DNA of 64,000 nucleotides, from contig JABLTG010000012.1 in assembly GCA_016618085.1 (NCBI GenBank), positions 1 to 64,000 of the forward strand, given 5' to 3'. Position 1 is the stretch's first letter. Each line of letters begins with the position of its first letter. Origin of the DNA: Neovahlkampfia damariscottae. Its lineage: Eukaryota. The notes under the pieces were generated by a model. That model saw only the letters and a program-made list of their open reading frames with translations. It was not told the origin of the DNA and searched no databases. Positions 41,114 to 52,540 of the stretch are shown piece by piece. Position numbers and translations under genes: made by a program.

Positions 41114-43678
41114 TTATTTTTTGTCTCTTGGTTCCACTTGTAGTGACATTTGATACATTTCATTCATTGTTGGAAATTTTGACTCAAGCAATGAATTCAA
41201 CAATCCTTTGGAAATTTAAATTTGATTGGATAAAATTATTACCTTGTGCTTGGTCATTTGGTTGAATATCCATGAATGACTTATTTTGATATTTGATAAT
41301 TTTTTTAATGACATTTGACATCATTCTTTTTTTTGTCCAATTTATCAATGGTTTCTGTGTTTCTGAATGAAGAAGAATATCTTTATTACCATCTTCAATG
41401 AATGTCAAATCTGTCAAATAAATACCACTGAAAAATAAATTGTATGAAGACTTACAGATATGGTACTAATGGTGGTTTTGTTTTTTCCAGTTGTTCTCTA
41501 TAAGCACTATATGAATTTTTTGGATCCATGACATCGAACATCTGCTCAAATTCTTTGATTAATTTTGAATCTAATCCGTGAAATGTTTTTTTCAATCTAA
41601 AAATAGATGCAACCTTTAAACCAGATGCAACTGCTAAAAATGAATCAAAATTCTTTAAATTGTAAAGATGAATCGCGATTTGATAACCTCTTTGTAATTT
41701 TGATCTTCTCTTTTTTAAATTTTGTTCTTCTAAAATGTATGATGAAATCCATGATGATAATTGGTTAAAGTGAAATGAACTTTTTTGGACATTTGAAGTC
41801 TCTTTTGATATCTTTGTCCAAGCAGTTCCCAACAATTCATTTGGTTTAATTTGAGTAAAAATAGAATACTCCAATAAAGTCAATTGTTTTGCTAATTCTA
41901 ATTCATCTAAATCATCCAATTTAAAATTTTGTAAATATTTTTGATTATTTGATGATGATATTTTGGAATCAAAAAAACCTTTATGATGAAAAGATTCAAG
42001 ACCTATAACTTTTCTCATATTAGCTGCCAAATTTCCATCTTCTTTTGATAAAACTTCATCAATAAAGGAAGACATTGTTGAAATCATATTTGGATTCCAA
42101 TCATAAAAATATTGCATTACCCATTTATGTAGAATGGATTTCGTTTTATTTTTTATTCTATTTGATTCTAAAATCCATTCTTCTTCTGTTAAATCTTCAA
42201 AAGGTGATTCTTGTGGTGTATTCAATCTTTCCATCAATTTTTTTAACACAACTTCAGAAGTTGTAAATGAAGAATGAGTTAAGAAAAATGTCTCAAAAAA
42301 TGTTTGATCAAACTTATTTCCAGTTAAAATTTCAATCAATTTTGTCAATGTTGCTGATTTTATTTCTTCATTTTCTTTAAATTCAATATTATCTTTCTCT
42401 TTAATAGTCACCCAAAAATGATCTTCATTAAGTGTATTACCATATACTTCCAAGAAATCTGCATTGTCACTCATATCTACAATATCTATTTTTACATTTT
42501 CGATAATTTCATCTTCTTCATTATCATCATCACCAAAATCATCATTTTCATCTTTGAAGATTTTATCAATTACATTCATGACTAATGGTTTTTCTTCAAA
42601 ATTTGAATTGACAAAACTTTTTGAAACTGATTTAAAAAACTGTTCAACACAAACAGTACATAAATAATATTCATCATCTTTAAAAGTTTGATCTTCTAAA
42701 AATACTCCTGCTTTTTGCATGTATCTAGCAAATAATAGAGCACTTGATCTTGAAATTTTGTATGTTGATTCAATCCAATCGATCACAACAGATCCTAAAA
42801 TCAAGTTAGAATTTTTTTTAAATCAACCAATCACAGAATCAATGTGTGTACGCTTTCCAACAACTCTATCTTTTTTGTCAAATCCATTTGAAGGGTCATT
42901 AACTTTTTCATAAAAATCTTCAATTGTTTCAATTGCATGCATATAAATTTGTATTTGACTAACTTCAACATATTTTTGAGTTACTTTTACAATGAAATCA
43001 TCATCAATCTGTTCATTGAATCTAAAAAATAAATATTTATCTTCAAAAGGTTTCTTCCCATCTGGAAGAGATACTATTACACCTTCAAAATATTTAATAG
43101 TTTTTCTTTTACCTAATTCAACTAAAACTTGAAAAATGAGAACACATTTTTCTCTTGTCAATAAAGCTATTGAATCCTTCTTTCGGTTTATTTCTAAAAC
43201 TCCATCAATTGCTTGTTGTGCTGAATATTTTCAGTTTATTTTTTTTTTTTACCAATAAAACATTGTTTGTAGATTGAGAACTTATGGGTTCGGTTTTTAA
43301 TCAAAGGTTTAACTTTAAATGTTTCTAAAACAACACTCATTACTTCTGTAAACTTTTTTTGAGCAAAACCTAAAAGTTTTAATTGACAATTTTAAAAGAA
43401 CCTTCAAGGTATTCAATTTGTTGAGAGATTTTTGTATTTTTGAAGTATTTTCGATTTGAACCTAATGTTTTTGTGAGATAACTTCCCTTTGGTTCTGTAT
43501 CATCATCTTCATCATCAAAGTTTTCCTCTCCCAAATTTTTTAATTTTTCATGAAGAGCTAAATCTGCAGGTGATGTTGTAGTTGACGTTTTGAATGATTT
43601 TCTCATTTCCTTTTTTAAGTTGGTCATACTCAGATTCTTGGTAAAGACAGCACTTATACTTTTGCGTCTGTTGCTCAT
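41114..43678 (-). CDS. RasGEF with N-terminal DEP domains
   Basis: DEP-like HKFSIYKQCFI..DG, FEDKYLFFRF, FKDDEYY; REM SATLTKLIE; CDC25 LAKQLTL, PLVPYL, DLTFIEDGN, SLQVEPR. Confidence 0.92.
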
Positions 43679-43879
43679 TTTTTACCCGTTTTTTATCAAC
43701 CAATAGAATTAGTCCATTGTCAATCATCCTTTTTAAGATATGCAATCATTGTAGAATGTAGAATTTTTTGAATGTTTATCTCAACCACTGACTTTTATCT
43801 TGATGTCAATTTTTATTAACACAGAGAGCAATTTGATTGGTCCTTACGATTGATCCAACAAAAACTTTCAAAAAAAACA

Positions 43880-44962
43880 ATGAACCACCAAATGACTGGC
43901 ACTATCGTTTCAAATGGTTCGCTCAAACCCAAAGAAGAGAAAACAGAACAAAGTATGGTCAAAATTTTGCCAAATACCAACTTTTCTCTTTTGCCGCCAA
44001 AAATCGAACCAATTCTTTCCAAACCAAACACTAAAGGTAATATAAAAAGAGAGTCAAGAGGTAATTTACCAAAGAGTGCAATAGAAATTTTCAAAAAATG
44101 GTTGTTTGCACACTTCAATCATCCTTATCCAAGTGGTACGTCATTTTCGTTTTTTTTTTGAAATTTTTTAGACACTGAAAAGGAAGAACTTATGAAAGAA
44201 ACAAACTTGTCTCTAACTCAAGTAAATAACTGGTTTATAAATGGTAAATTTTAATTTTTTCATTTTAATTGAAATAGCTCGAAGAAGGTAAGAACAATAA
44301 TTGAAAATTGATTTAAATTTAGAATTTGGAAACCTGCAATGGAACATGAACCATCACCAAGAAGTTCAAAAACTATTCATAGTCAAAGATATCAACCAAT
44401 TCGAAAAAGAAAAACAAGAGGAATCAATTATGATGAAGAAGAAGATTTTGAAATATCATCCAAGAGACAAAGACAACAACCAAAAAGAGAATGTCAAATT
44501 CAAAAAAAAGAAAGTCTCAGTGAAGAAGAAGAAGAATTAATTTTAAATTTTGTCCGTACTGTAAATAATGAAAGTGTCAAAACTGATCAACAAATAAATG
44601 AAGAAATTCAACAAAATTTTACAAAATATCTTCATTTACAAAAAGAAAATGATTGTTTAAAGAAAGAATTATTAAATTTAAAATCATCTTATCAAAATTT
44701 ACTTTTTGATTTCACAACAAGAAATAATTTGTTAAATGAAAAATTAAAAAATTTAGAAGTAATTCAAGAATATTTAGATCAAAAAAAAATTGAAATGGAT
44801 CTTCAAAATGATCAAAATGTCAAAGAAATTCAAATTAAACATTCAAATGACATGTCAACTGTTATTCAACAAATTCAAGAAGAAAATGAATCAAAGAATG
44901 TTGTATCTCCAATTTTAAAAGAAGGAGAAAATGAAACAACAAAAATACCAGAGGAATTGTAA
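43880..44962 (+). CDS. TALE-class homeobox transcription factor with coiled-coil tail
   Basis: [42 protein letters not shown], with a 10 nt micro-exon. Confidence 0.93.
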
Positions 44963-45078
44963 ATAAAAAAATTTTTCTTCGCTTTCCAAATGTAACCTTC
45001 TAAATGTTTTTCATTGGTTCGTTGTTCTTTTTCTCCGCAATTGAGAAAACATCAAACATTTCACAAACCAGAAACACA

Positions 45079-46134
45079 ATGAATATCGATGATTATTCAA
45101 CATTTCAAAAAATAATATTATTTACAGACATAGGTTGTTGCTCAATTTTTTTAATTTTAAGTTTAATCGCATTTTTAAGTTTATCTTTAAGATTTGCAAG
45201 GTCCATTAAAAAATTAACATGTTTTTCATCAATTTTTAATTTTCATTCAATTATATTTATCTCAATGACAATATATGCATTATTACCAACTATTATAACA
45301 ACTATAACATTGATACCAATTCAAGACGATGTATTTTTGATATATGTAACAAAAGCTGTTTATTCAATCGCTTATTTAAAATTCTTGTTGATGTCAATTA
45401 TGTTAATCTCAATGATTTATCTATGGTAAAAAGAAATCTTATTTTAACACTAAATCTAAAAAGGTATGAATTTATTTTGTTTAATACTCTTTATCAGGAT
45501 AAGGTTTTATCAAAATTCAAGTCGATGCTTATTTCTTTTTTGGCCAATTTTCATTTTTTTTATTGTTGTTTCAATTTTGAAAATTTCAACTTTGTGGATA
45601 TTACCAGAATTTTATAAAGAAAATGAAACATTTTACAAGTTAGTAGATGATTATATTTTATTGGCGGGGTCAGTTTTAGATGTTTGTTTAATTACAATCT
45701 TCTTCTTCTTTCTTGGAAGTTTATTGGTTCTAATTTGGCAAAGGGATTCCTCAATTACATCATTGGAATCAGAAATAAGTGATGAACAGATTATAAACTT
45801 AATAGATGCACCACCGATATTACCCCGAAAATTTTTCATTTGTTCAATTATTTTGATTGTAAATTCAATTCTAATGATTTTACAAAGATTTGGAACTATT
45901 ATTTATTTTATCATTATGATCATATCAACTAGGAACGAATTTGATCTTAAGAATATGTTTGTCTTTATTTTGATGATATCTAAGTATTTTGTTGATTTCG
46001 TTTTTTGTGCGATCATTTTGATTTTCCATTTTGAAAAGACAGATTTGGAGACAATATCATCTGTTCATTTGACAGATCAAGATTTTGAAAATCAACATAC
46101 AATGGTAGGGTATGATGATATTCAAGGAGAATAA
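45079..46134 (+). CDS. Hypothetical multi-pass membrane protein (about 7 TM)
   Basis: Two hydrophobic ORFs joined by an intron near 45426-45463; upstream ATTGG. Confidence 0.75.
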
Positions 46135-46425
46135 AGAATTTTGTGATTTATATATACATCTAAAAACCCACCAATAATAATTTTTCCGATTGACTCGACC
46201 AATCAATAATCATGATTAACAAAATAATAGTTGTGTTGTGAGTAGAAAATGGTTTGACGGAACTTTTTTTTCAATAAAATCAATCTCACACCCCTCCTCA
46301 GCACCAATTTTCCCTCACCACAAGAAAAAAACAATTTTCCGACCAAAAAGCCCCAAACTTTCACAGCCACATTTCGCTCACCATCAAGTCCTTCAACACC
46401 ATTTTTTATCACATTTTTTTTCATA

Positions 46426-46732
46426 TTTTCCGTTAGCATTTTAATCCTTGAAGACAATTACTCATTATTATTGGACCATTTTATTATTTAGACAATTGGG
46501 TTCTAATGATAACGAAAAATACCAGTAAAACTCATTTGATTGGTCCAATTTTATGGACCAAAAGAGATAAATCCGAAGTTTATTCACCTAATACAAAAAT
46601 ACTCGGGAAGACAGGACTTAACACCAATCAAATTATTTTTATCAGATTTTTTTCGTCTTTAATGACGAAAATACACCAATCAAATTATAAGAAAAAAAAA
46701 ATGTTGTAATTGGGTTCAATGCTAACGGAAAA
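46426..46732. repeat. Inverted-repeat-bounded non-coding element (possible small MITE)
   Basis: TTTTCCGTTAGCATT (46426-46440) is the exact reverse complement of AATGCTAACGGAAAA (46718-46732); diverged third copy near 46494-46520. Confidence 0.5.
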
Positions 46733-46782
46733 GACGAGGAATGAAATATATTAAAAATAAAAAATGTATAGTAATAATATAT

Positions 46783-47546
46783 ATGGAATTTTCAAGTAAA
46801 GAAGAAATATATTTAGAAGAACAAATTGAAAGGTTGAAAATGGATTTAAATGAAATAAATCAGAAAAATTTAGTCCTAATGAATGTTTTGAAGCATATGT
46901 AAAAGATGAATATGAAAAAAACAGTAATCATAAAAGACAATTACAAAAAGCAGTTATATTATATCTTTCAAATAAGATTCATAATATTAGAGATTATGAC
47001 GTTTATTTTAATCTACAAGAATATAATAAATTAACTAAAGTTGAGCAAGATTTTCAAAATTATGTATTGAAACAATACGTTAGAGATGATGAAAAGCAAA
47101 AAATTATTGATAAAATTGTGCTAAATGATTTAATAAATAGTGATATCGAAATTGATGAAGAAGAAGATGATGAAGAATTTTAATTAAATATGGTGTGATT
47201 ATAAATTATTTTTATATATTATAAATATATAGTAAAATGGAAAATACAAATGACAGTGAAAAAATTACATTAAATGCAAACCCAATAGTAATGACTTAAA
47301 ATTTAAATTGTAATGATGAGCAAATTGGACCATCTGTAAGTGTATATTTTGACAAAAAAAGATGAAAAATTAGATGATAAAGAAACTGAAAATTATTACA
47401 ATGAGAGTACTATCTAAAGAAAATCAAAATAAACCAATAAACATACCAAAGAAAAAGATGACAGAAGATATGAAAGAATATTTAAAAAATATAAGGAAGA
47501 TAACAAAGACAGATTGAAGGAAAAGAATAGACAAAAACATGTTTGA
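46783..47546 (+). pseudogene. Two decayed intronless ORFs, virus/Polinton-like in style
   Basis: Frameshifted ORFs 46783-47183 and 47237-47546, each preceded by TATATA-rich leaders; second ends KEY.K.YKEDNKDRLKEKNRQKHV. Confidence 0.45.
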
Positions 47547-47597
47547 AGAACCAATCAAAAATGAAAAAAAATTTGGGTCTCAGTAGTTTATGTACTG

Positions 47598-47657
47598 AAG
47601 TGTTGAAATATCTTGAAATTGAATTCCTTTTTTTGGAAAATCAGGAACAACTCTGAT
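47598..47657 (-). pseudogene. APRT: Adenine phosphoribosyltransferase N-terminal fragment
   Basis: Translates IRVVPDFPKKGIQFQDISTL, the conserved APRT N-terminal motif; no ATG; stop five codons later. Confidence 0.8.
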
Positions 47658-47710
47658 GTGTTAAATGATTGGTGGAATAAAAATTAACAAATGAAAATCT
47701 TAATTGAAAC

Positions 47711-49024
47711 TCAAAAATTTATTTTAAATTTAATCAAAAATGATGTTTTTTTGATGTCAAATTTTTGTAAAATTTCTTCAATTTTCATTTGGTCAAGTAA
47801 AATACAATTTTGATAGAACAATTCAAAATTCTGAATATCTTTGAATTCCCATAAATTGTTCAATAAATAATTTTTGATTTCTGATACATTTGTTTTTCTA
47901 TCAAATCTAAATGACTCATCAAATTCATATTGATCATCTAGTGAATCATAATTTTGAAATTTGATTTCAATCATTGAAGAATCAAAAGGTAATGAAGCTA
48001 GTGATAATAAAATTGGTACTGAATCTTCATCACCTATTCCAATATAATCAATAGCCTGTAATAATGGAAATGAAGCTCTTTCTTCACTTTTTGATAAAAA
48101 TCTGTCACCAGATGATTCTAGATCAACATTATCAATCATTTGATTTTCTTCAATAAAATTTTTAACTTCAGATTGTTTCCTCTCTTTCAATAAACTTTTA
48201 AACATTGTTTTAATGTCAAAATTTCTATCCTTCATAGATTGATCATCAACTTCTGTCCAAAACATAGAATCAGAATTCATTTCATAAGAATCATTATCAT
48301 CATCACATTTCAATTTTTCAATTGAATTTGATGCTTTCACTTCATTATTTGTGTTATTTCCTCTCTTTAAATGATAAAAATGGTGTCTGCATTGAATATC
48401 TGTCCTTCCTTTAATCTCTTCGGATATTTTTTTCCATGATGATTCACCATACTTTGAAACTGATTCTATCAATTGATTTTCTTCTTTCTGACTCCAATTA
48501 CCTTTTATTATACCTGGATTGATGACTCTACACCAACGTTGATTGCATTGATCTGGTGTTCGTTTACCACCCAATGATTGTGAAATCTTTCTCCAATTTT
48601 TTGCTCCATTTTTTTCAATTAATTTTTTTAGCTTTAAATCCTCTTCTTTTGTCCATCTGGTGATAGTTTTTTTTCTCTTGAAAACAATAAATATAGTTTC
48701 AAATCACTTACCGGTATAATAGTGGTTTTTTTGATCATTTTAGGAATTGTAGTCAGTTTTGATTTCTGCAATGGAATTGGTACTAAAAATGTAGAATGGT
48801 TCATTGTTGGTTGAATCTTTGATTTGACATCCAATTTTGACTCTCTTCCAGCTTTGAATTGGAAGTTTGGAGCGAAGTTTGATTTTTCAGGTAGTTTTGG
48901 TTTTGTTGAATTTTGTGTTTCTTTTTCTTTGAGAATTAATTTAAATGGTTATCTTACTCTTGTAAGCAGGTGTTGGTGGAATTGAATTTGATTGTAGATC
49001 AGTTTTTGGATGTAATAAAGGCAT
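47711..49024 (-). CDS. R2R3-type Myb transcription factor with possible ubiquitin-like C-terminus
   Basis: RWTKEED..GAKNWRKIS..RTPDQCNQRW; KGNWSQKEE..GRTDIQCRHHF. Confidence 0.92.
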
Positions 49025-49302
49025 TTTTGATCGTTCTGCTCTCTGCAAACTGTTTTTTTTTAATAAATTAGATTGGTTTTGAGGTAACATCATTCAACCG
49101 CAAAATTGATGTTTCTTTTTCCGATTTTCCAACAGAAGATAATTGGACAAAAAATAATTATCCAATAAATTACTTTCAATTTTTCTGAAAAATAATTCAG
49201 CATCAATTTCAATTTTCTCAATATAAAACTCAAATCAAAAAAAAGACTAAAAATAAATGAAAATTCCACCAATTAAATCATCCAAATTTATAAACTCATA
49301 AA

Positions 49303-50129
49303 ATGTCCAGAAGTGCAGGTTATGATCAATACATCACAATTTTCTCACCACAAGGTAGATTGTACCAAGTAGAATATGCTTTTAATGCTATAAAAACACC
49401 TGGTATAACTTCAGTCGGAATCAGAGGAAAAGATGGTTGTGTTGTTGTCACAGAAAAAAAAGTTCCTGTAAAAAAAAAAAAAAAAAACTTAAATAATAGG
49501 ATAAATTGCTTAAAGCAAGTACAATTACACATATGTTCAAAATCACAAATAGAATTGGTTGTTGTATGACTGGAGAAATCGGTGATTGTCGTGCAAGAGT
49601 TCAACGTGCTCGTTATGAAGCAGCTGAATTTGAATTTAATGTAATAACTTAAAAATTATATTTATCTTTATAGTATGGATATGAAATTCCAGTTTCTTTC
49701 CTCGCAAAAAAAATGGCTGATATTGCTCAAATTTTTACTCAATATGCAGGTATGAGATGTATTGGAGTATCAATGACTTTAATTGCTTTTGATGAAGAAG
49801 ATGGTCCACAATTATATAAAGTTGATCCAGCTGGATATTTCATCGGTTATTATGCAACTTCTTCAGGTCAAAAACAAACAGAGTCACAAAACTTTCTTGA
49901 AAAGAAATTAAAATCAAAACCTGATGAAAAAGTACTTTATCCATCAGAATTAATGTCACTTGATGAAATTGTACAACTTGGAATTCAAACACTTGGAAGC
50001 GTTTTAAGTTCAGAATTAAAAAGTTCAGAAATTGAAGTGGCTGTTGTTAGCTCAAAATCACCAGATTTTAAAGTTTTATCTGAAAAAGAAATTGATATTC
50101 ACTTAACTTCAATTGCAGAAAAAGATTAA
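49303..50129 (+). CDS. PSMA6: 20S proteasome alpha-1 subunit
   Basis: [46 protein letters not shown]. Confidence 0.96.
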
Positions 50130-50232
50130 AAAAGTTATTTTTTTTTACAAAACCTCCTTCAATTTTTGTGTCCAATCATCTCTTTGGTTTTTCCAATTTA
50201 GAAAAAAACTCCGAAGAAGACATCACCTGTGA

Positions 50233-51271
50233 ATGTCTGAAAGAATAACAAATCAAGAGAATTTCGATGATAGTCCTTCTTTGGATCTTTTAAATAATCA
50301 AGCAAAAGAAGCTTTTGAATCAAATAATAGTGAAGCTTCAAAACAAGCACATGAACAAAAATCAGCAGTTATACATCACAAAGAAAAACATAATGTATTC
50401 GGAGAGTATGTAAAATCTATAGGTAAGAAATGAAAAAAAATTTAAAGAAATAGTTTTTGGTGGTTTAGATGGAATAATAACAACTTGTTTGGAGATTTTT
50501 TTTGTTTTAATTTTTAAGTCGCTATTGTAGCAGCATCTGTTGGTGGTGGTTTGACAACATATGAATTATTAATTGTTGGTTTTGCTAATTTAATTGGTGA
50601 TGTAATTTTTCTTTTTAAAATTAAAATAGAATTGAATTTAGGCATTTGCTATGGGTTTAGGTGATTTCTTTAGTTCTCGAGCACAAATTGAACAAGAAAA
50701 TAAAACAAGAAAAGATTATCTTTGGAAGTGTGAAAATGAACCAGAAGAACAAAAATCAATAATGATTGAAACATTTCGAAAAAAAGGATTTGATAGTAGA
50801 GTTTCAAATAGTATCATTGATTTATTAGCTGAAAATACAAGAGCATTCGCAGATGTAATGTTATTGGAGGTTGAAGGAATTTGTTTTGAAGAAGATCACA
50901 CATCACCTTGGAAAAATGGATTAGCAACTTTTATTTCTTTTATATTTTTTGGTTCAATTCCTTTAGTTGCTTTCTTTTTTAGAGCAAATGAGAAATTATA
51001 TATTGGTCTGTTTTTCTTCATTTCAATGGGTCTAACTGCTATTTCTTTATATTTACTCGGTAAAATTATCTTTTTTTTAATTTATTTTTAGGAGCAACAA
51101 AGAATATAATTTTAGCCAGGAGCTGGTGGAGAGGTGGTTTGTATGTCCTACTCACAGGTAATTTTTTGTGTTGAAAATTTTAAATGATTTTTAGGTGGAA
51201 TAGCAACAGGTATTGCATATTTAGCAGGTTTTTTAATTGAATTATTGATAAAATTGATTGATGCAAAATAA
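50233..51271 (+). CDS. VIT1/CCC1 family transporter (paralog 2)
   Basis: GEYVKSIVFGGLDGIITTFAIVA, GFANLIGDAFAMGLGDF, PWKNGLATFISFIFFG. Confidence 0.93.
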
Positions 51272-51286
51272 AAATTATTAAGAATA

Positions 51287-52074
51287 GACTCCTACGTAAT
51301 TAGTCATGTTACAAATAAACCTTTGGTTTTCAACTTGAAGTATGGTGTTTCAACTGGCTAAGTCATGTTTTTCAAAATAACAGGACTTTATTCCGACTAA
51401 ATGATGTTACCCCGACTGAGTGATGTTGTTCCAACTAAGTCGCGTTAAATAGAAAAACTTTCTCAGTCAACATTTTTCAGATGAACTAAAATGTCCTAAA
51501 TCAATTTCAAAAACACTTTTAGTTGAATTTTAACTGAAAAAACTTATCCAATCAGATAACAGCAAAAAATGAAACAAATTAAGTGCATAAACTTGCACTT
51601 TATTTTTTTCTTCAAAAACATCCATTTTTCGCTTAAGGTTGTATGAATCAGGAGAATATCTTATAGGAGACATCAGAAAGAGAATCGGATATCAAGACTA
51701 TGAATTCATTTCTCTTCTAAAATGCAAAAACCAAAAGTCCTTTCCAAATTCAAATATTTCAAACCTTTACTTTTTCAAAAAATATCATAACGAGTTGGAA
51801 ATTAAATAAAATTTTTCAAGTAGTCATGTGACTCTTGAGTTTGTCATTCTAAACACACCAAAAATATGTCGACGGAGAAACTTATTGTGAGTAACAAGAC
51901 TTATTCGGAGTGACACAACTTATTCGGTTGAAACACCACTTCGTTGGAAAAACACCACTTATTCGGATTAAAGTGGTGTTACTAAGAAAAACACTATTTG
52001 TTCGGTTGAAACACCATACTTCAAGTAGAAAACCAAAGGTTTATTCTGATAACGTGACTAATTACACAGGAGTC
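51287..52074. mobile_element. Non-autonomous DNA transposon with long imperfect TIRs and subterminal 18-19 bp repeats
   Basis: Left GACTCCTACGTAATTAGTCATGTTACAAATAAACCTTTGGTTTTCAACTTGAAGTATGGTGTTT versus reverse complement of right GACTCCTGTGTAATTAGTCACGTTATCAGAATAAACCTTTGGTTTTCTACTTGAAGTATGGTGTTT; similarity continues to about 160 bp; no transposase; TSD not resolved. Confidence 0.88.
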
Positions 52075-52126
52075 TTATTGTATAAATTTCTACATTTTGT
52101 TTTTTTATTTTGTCCAATCAAATAAC

Positions 52127-52357
52127 ATGTTATTGAAGAATTTGTTTACCTTCAATTTGTTACAACTTAACAATTCCAAAAGATATGTCACAGCTATGGT
52201 TAGAAGTAGAATTAAAAGAAAAAGAAAAAAAAAAACAGAAGAGTTGATGTCCTCAAAAGAAGAAAAACTTCAAAAAAAATTTGAAGAAGCAGTTAGATTG
52301 GCAAATGAACATTCAAATAAATTAAGACAAGAAATGAAAAATTTAAATAATGAATAA
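52127..52357 (+). CDS. Small basic protein, probable mitochondrial presequence
   Basis: MLLKNLFTFNLL..KRYVT, RSRIKRKRKK; CCAAT at 52114; stop in AATAAA. Confidence 0.6.
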   Translation: MLLKNLFTFNLLQLNNSKRYVTAMVRSRIKRKRKKKTEELMSSKEEKLQKKFEEAVRLANEHSNKLRQEMKNLNNE

Positions 52358-52540
52358 AAACACTCGAAAATTTTAAAAAAAAAAAATTTCAAAAAAAAAA
52401 AACTGGTATCAGAAAATTTCACTCTTCATTGAAAGAGTGGAAAATTGACTTGATCCGCATTGAATCTTTTTTTTGTTATTTCTTAAAATTTTGGAATTCG
52501 TTATCCAATCATTTATTTTCCAAAACAACGTTGCTTTGGA

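Noticed and set aside
43548..43745. Upstream out-of-frame ORF as an extra DEP-like exon of the RasGEF
   Set aside because: No convincing splice path; ATG 43678 has the usual upstream CCAAT box
46203..46709. Short ORFs 46203-46457, 46238-46444 and 46506-46709
   Set aside because: Atypical composition, no recognisable domains, and they overlap a repeat-structured non-coding region
47275..47290. CAAACCCAA as a telomerase RNA template or internal telomere seed
   Set aside because: Single short match inside a decayed ORF with no supporting structure
51890..52020. CRISPR-like array of short repeats
   Set aside because: Units are contiguous 18-19 bp repeats without unique spacers, are mirrored in the left TIR, and no cas genes are present
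51910..52125. 71 aa ORF
   Set aside because: It is only a translation of the right TIR subrepeats
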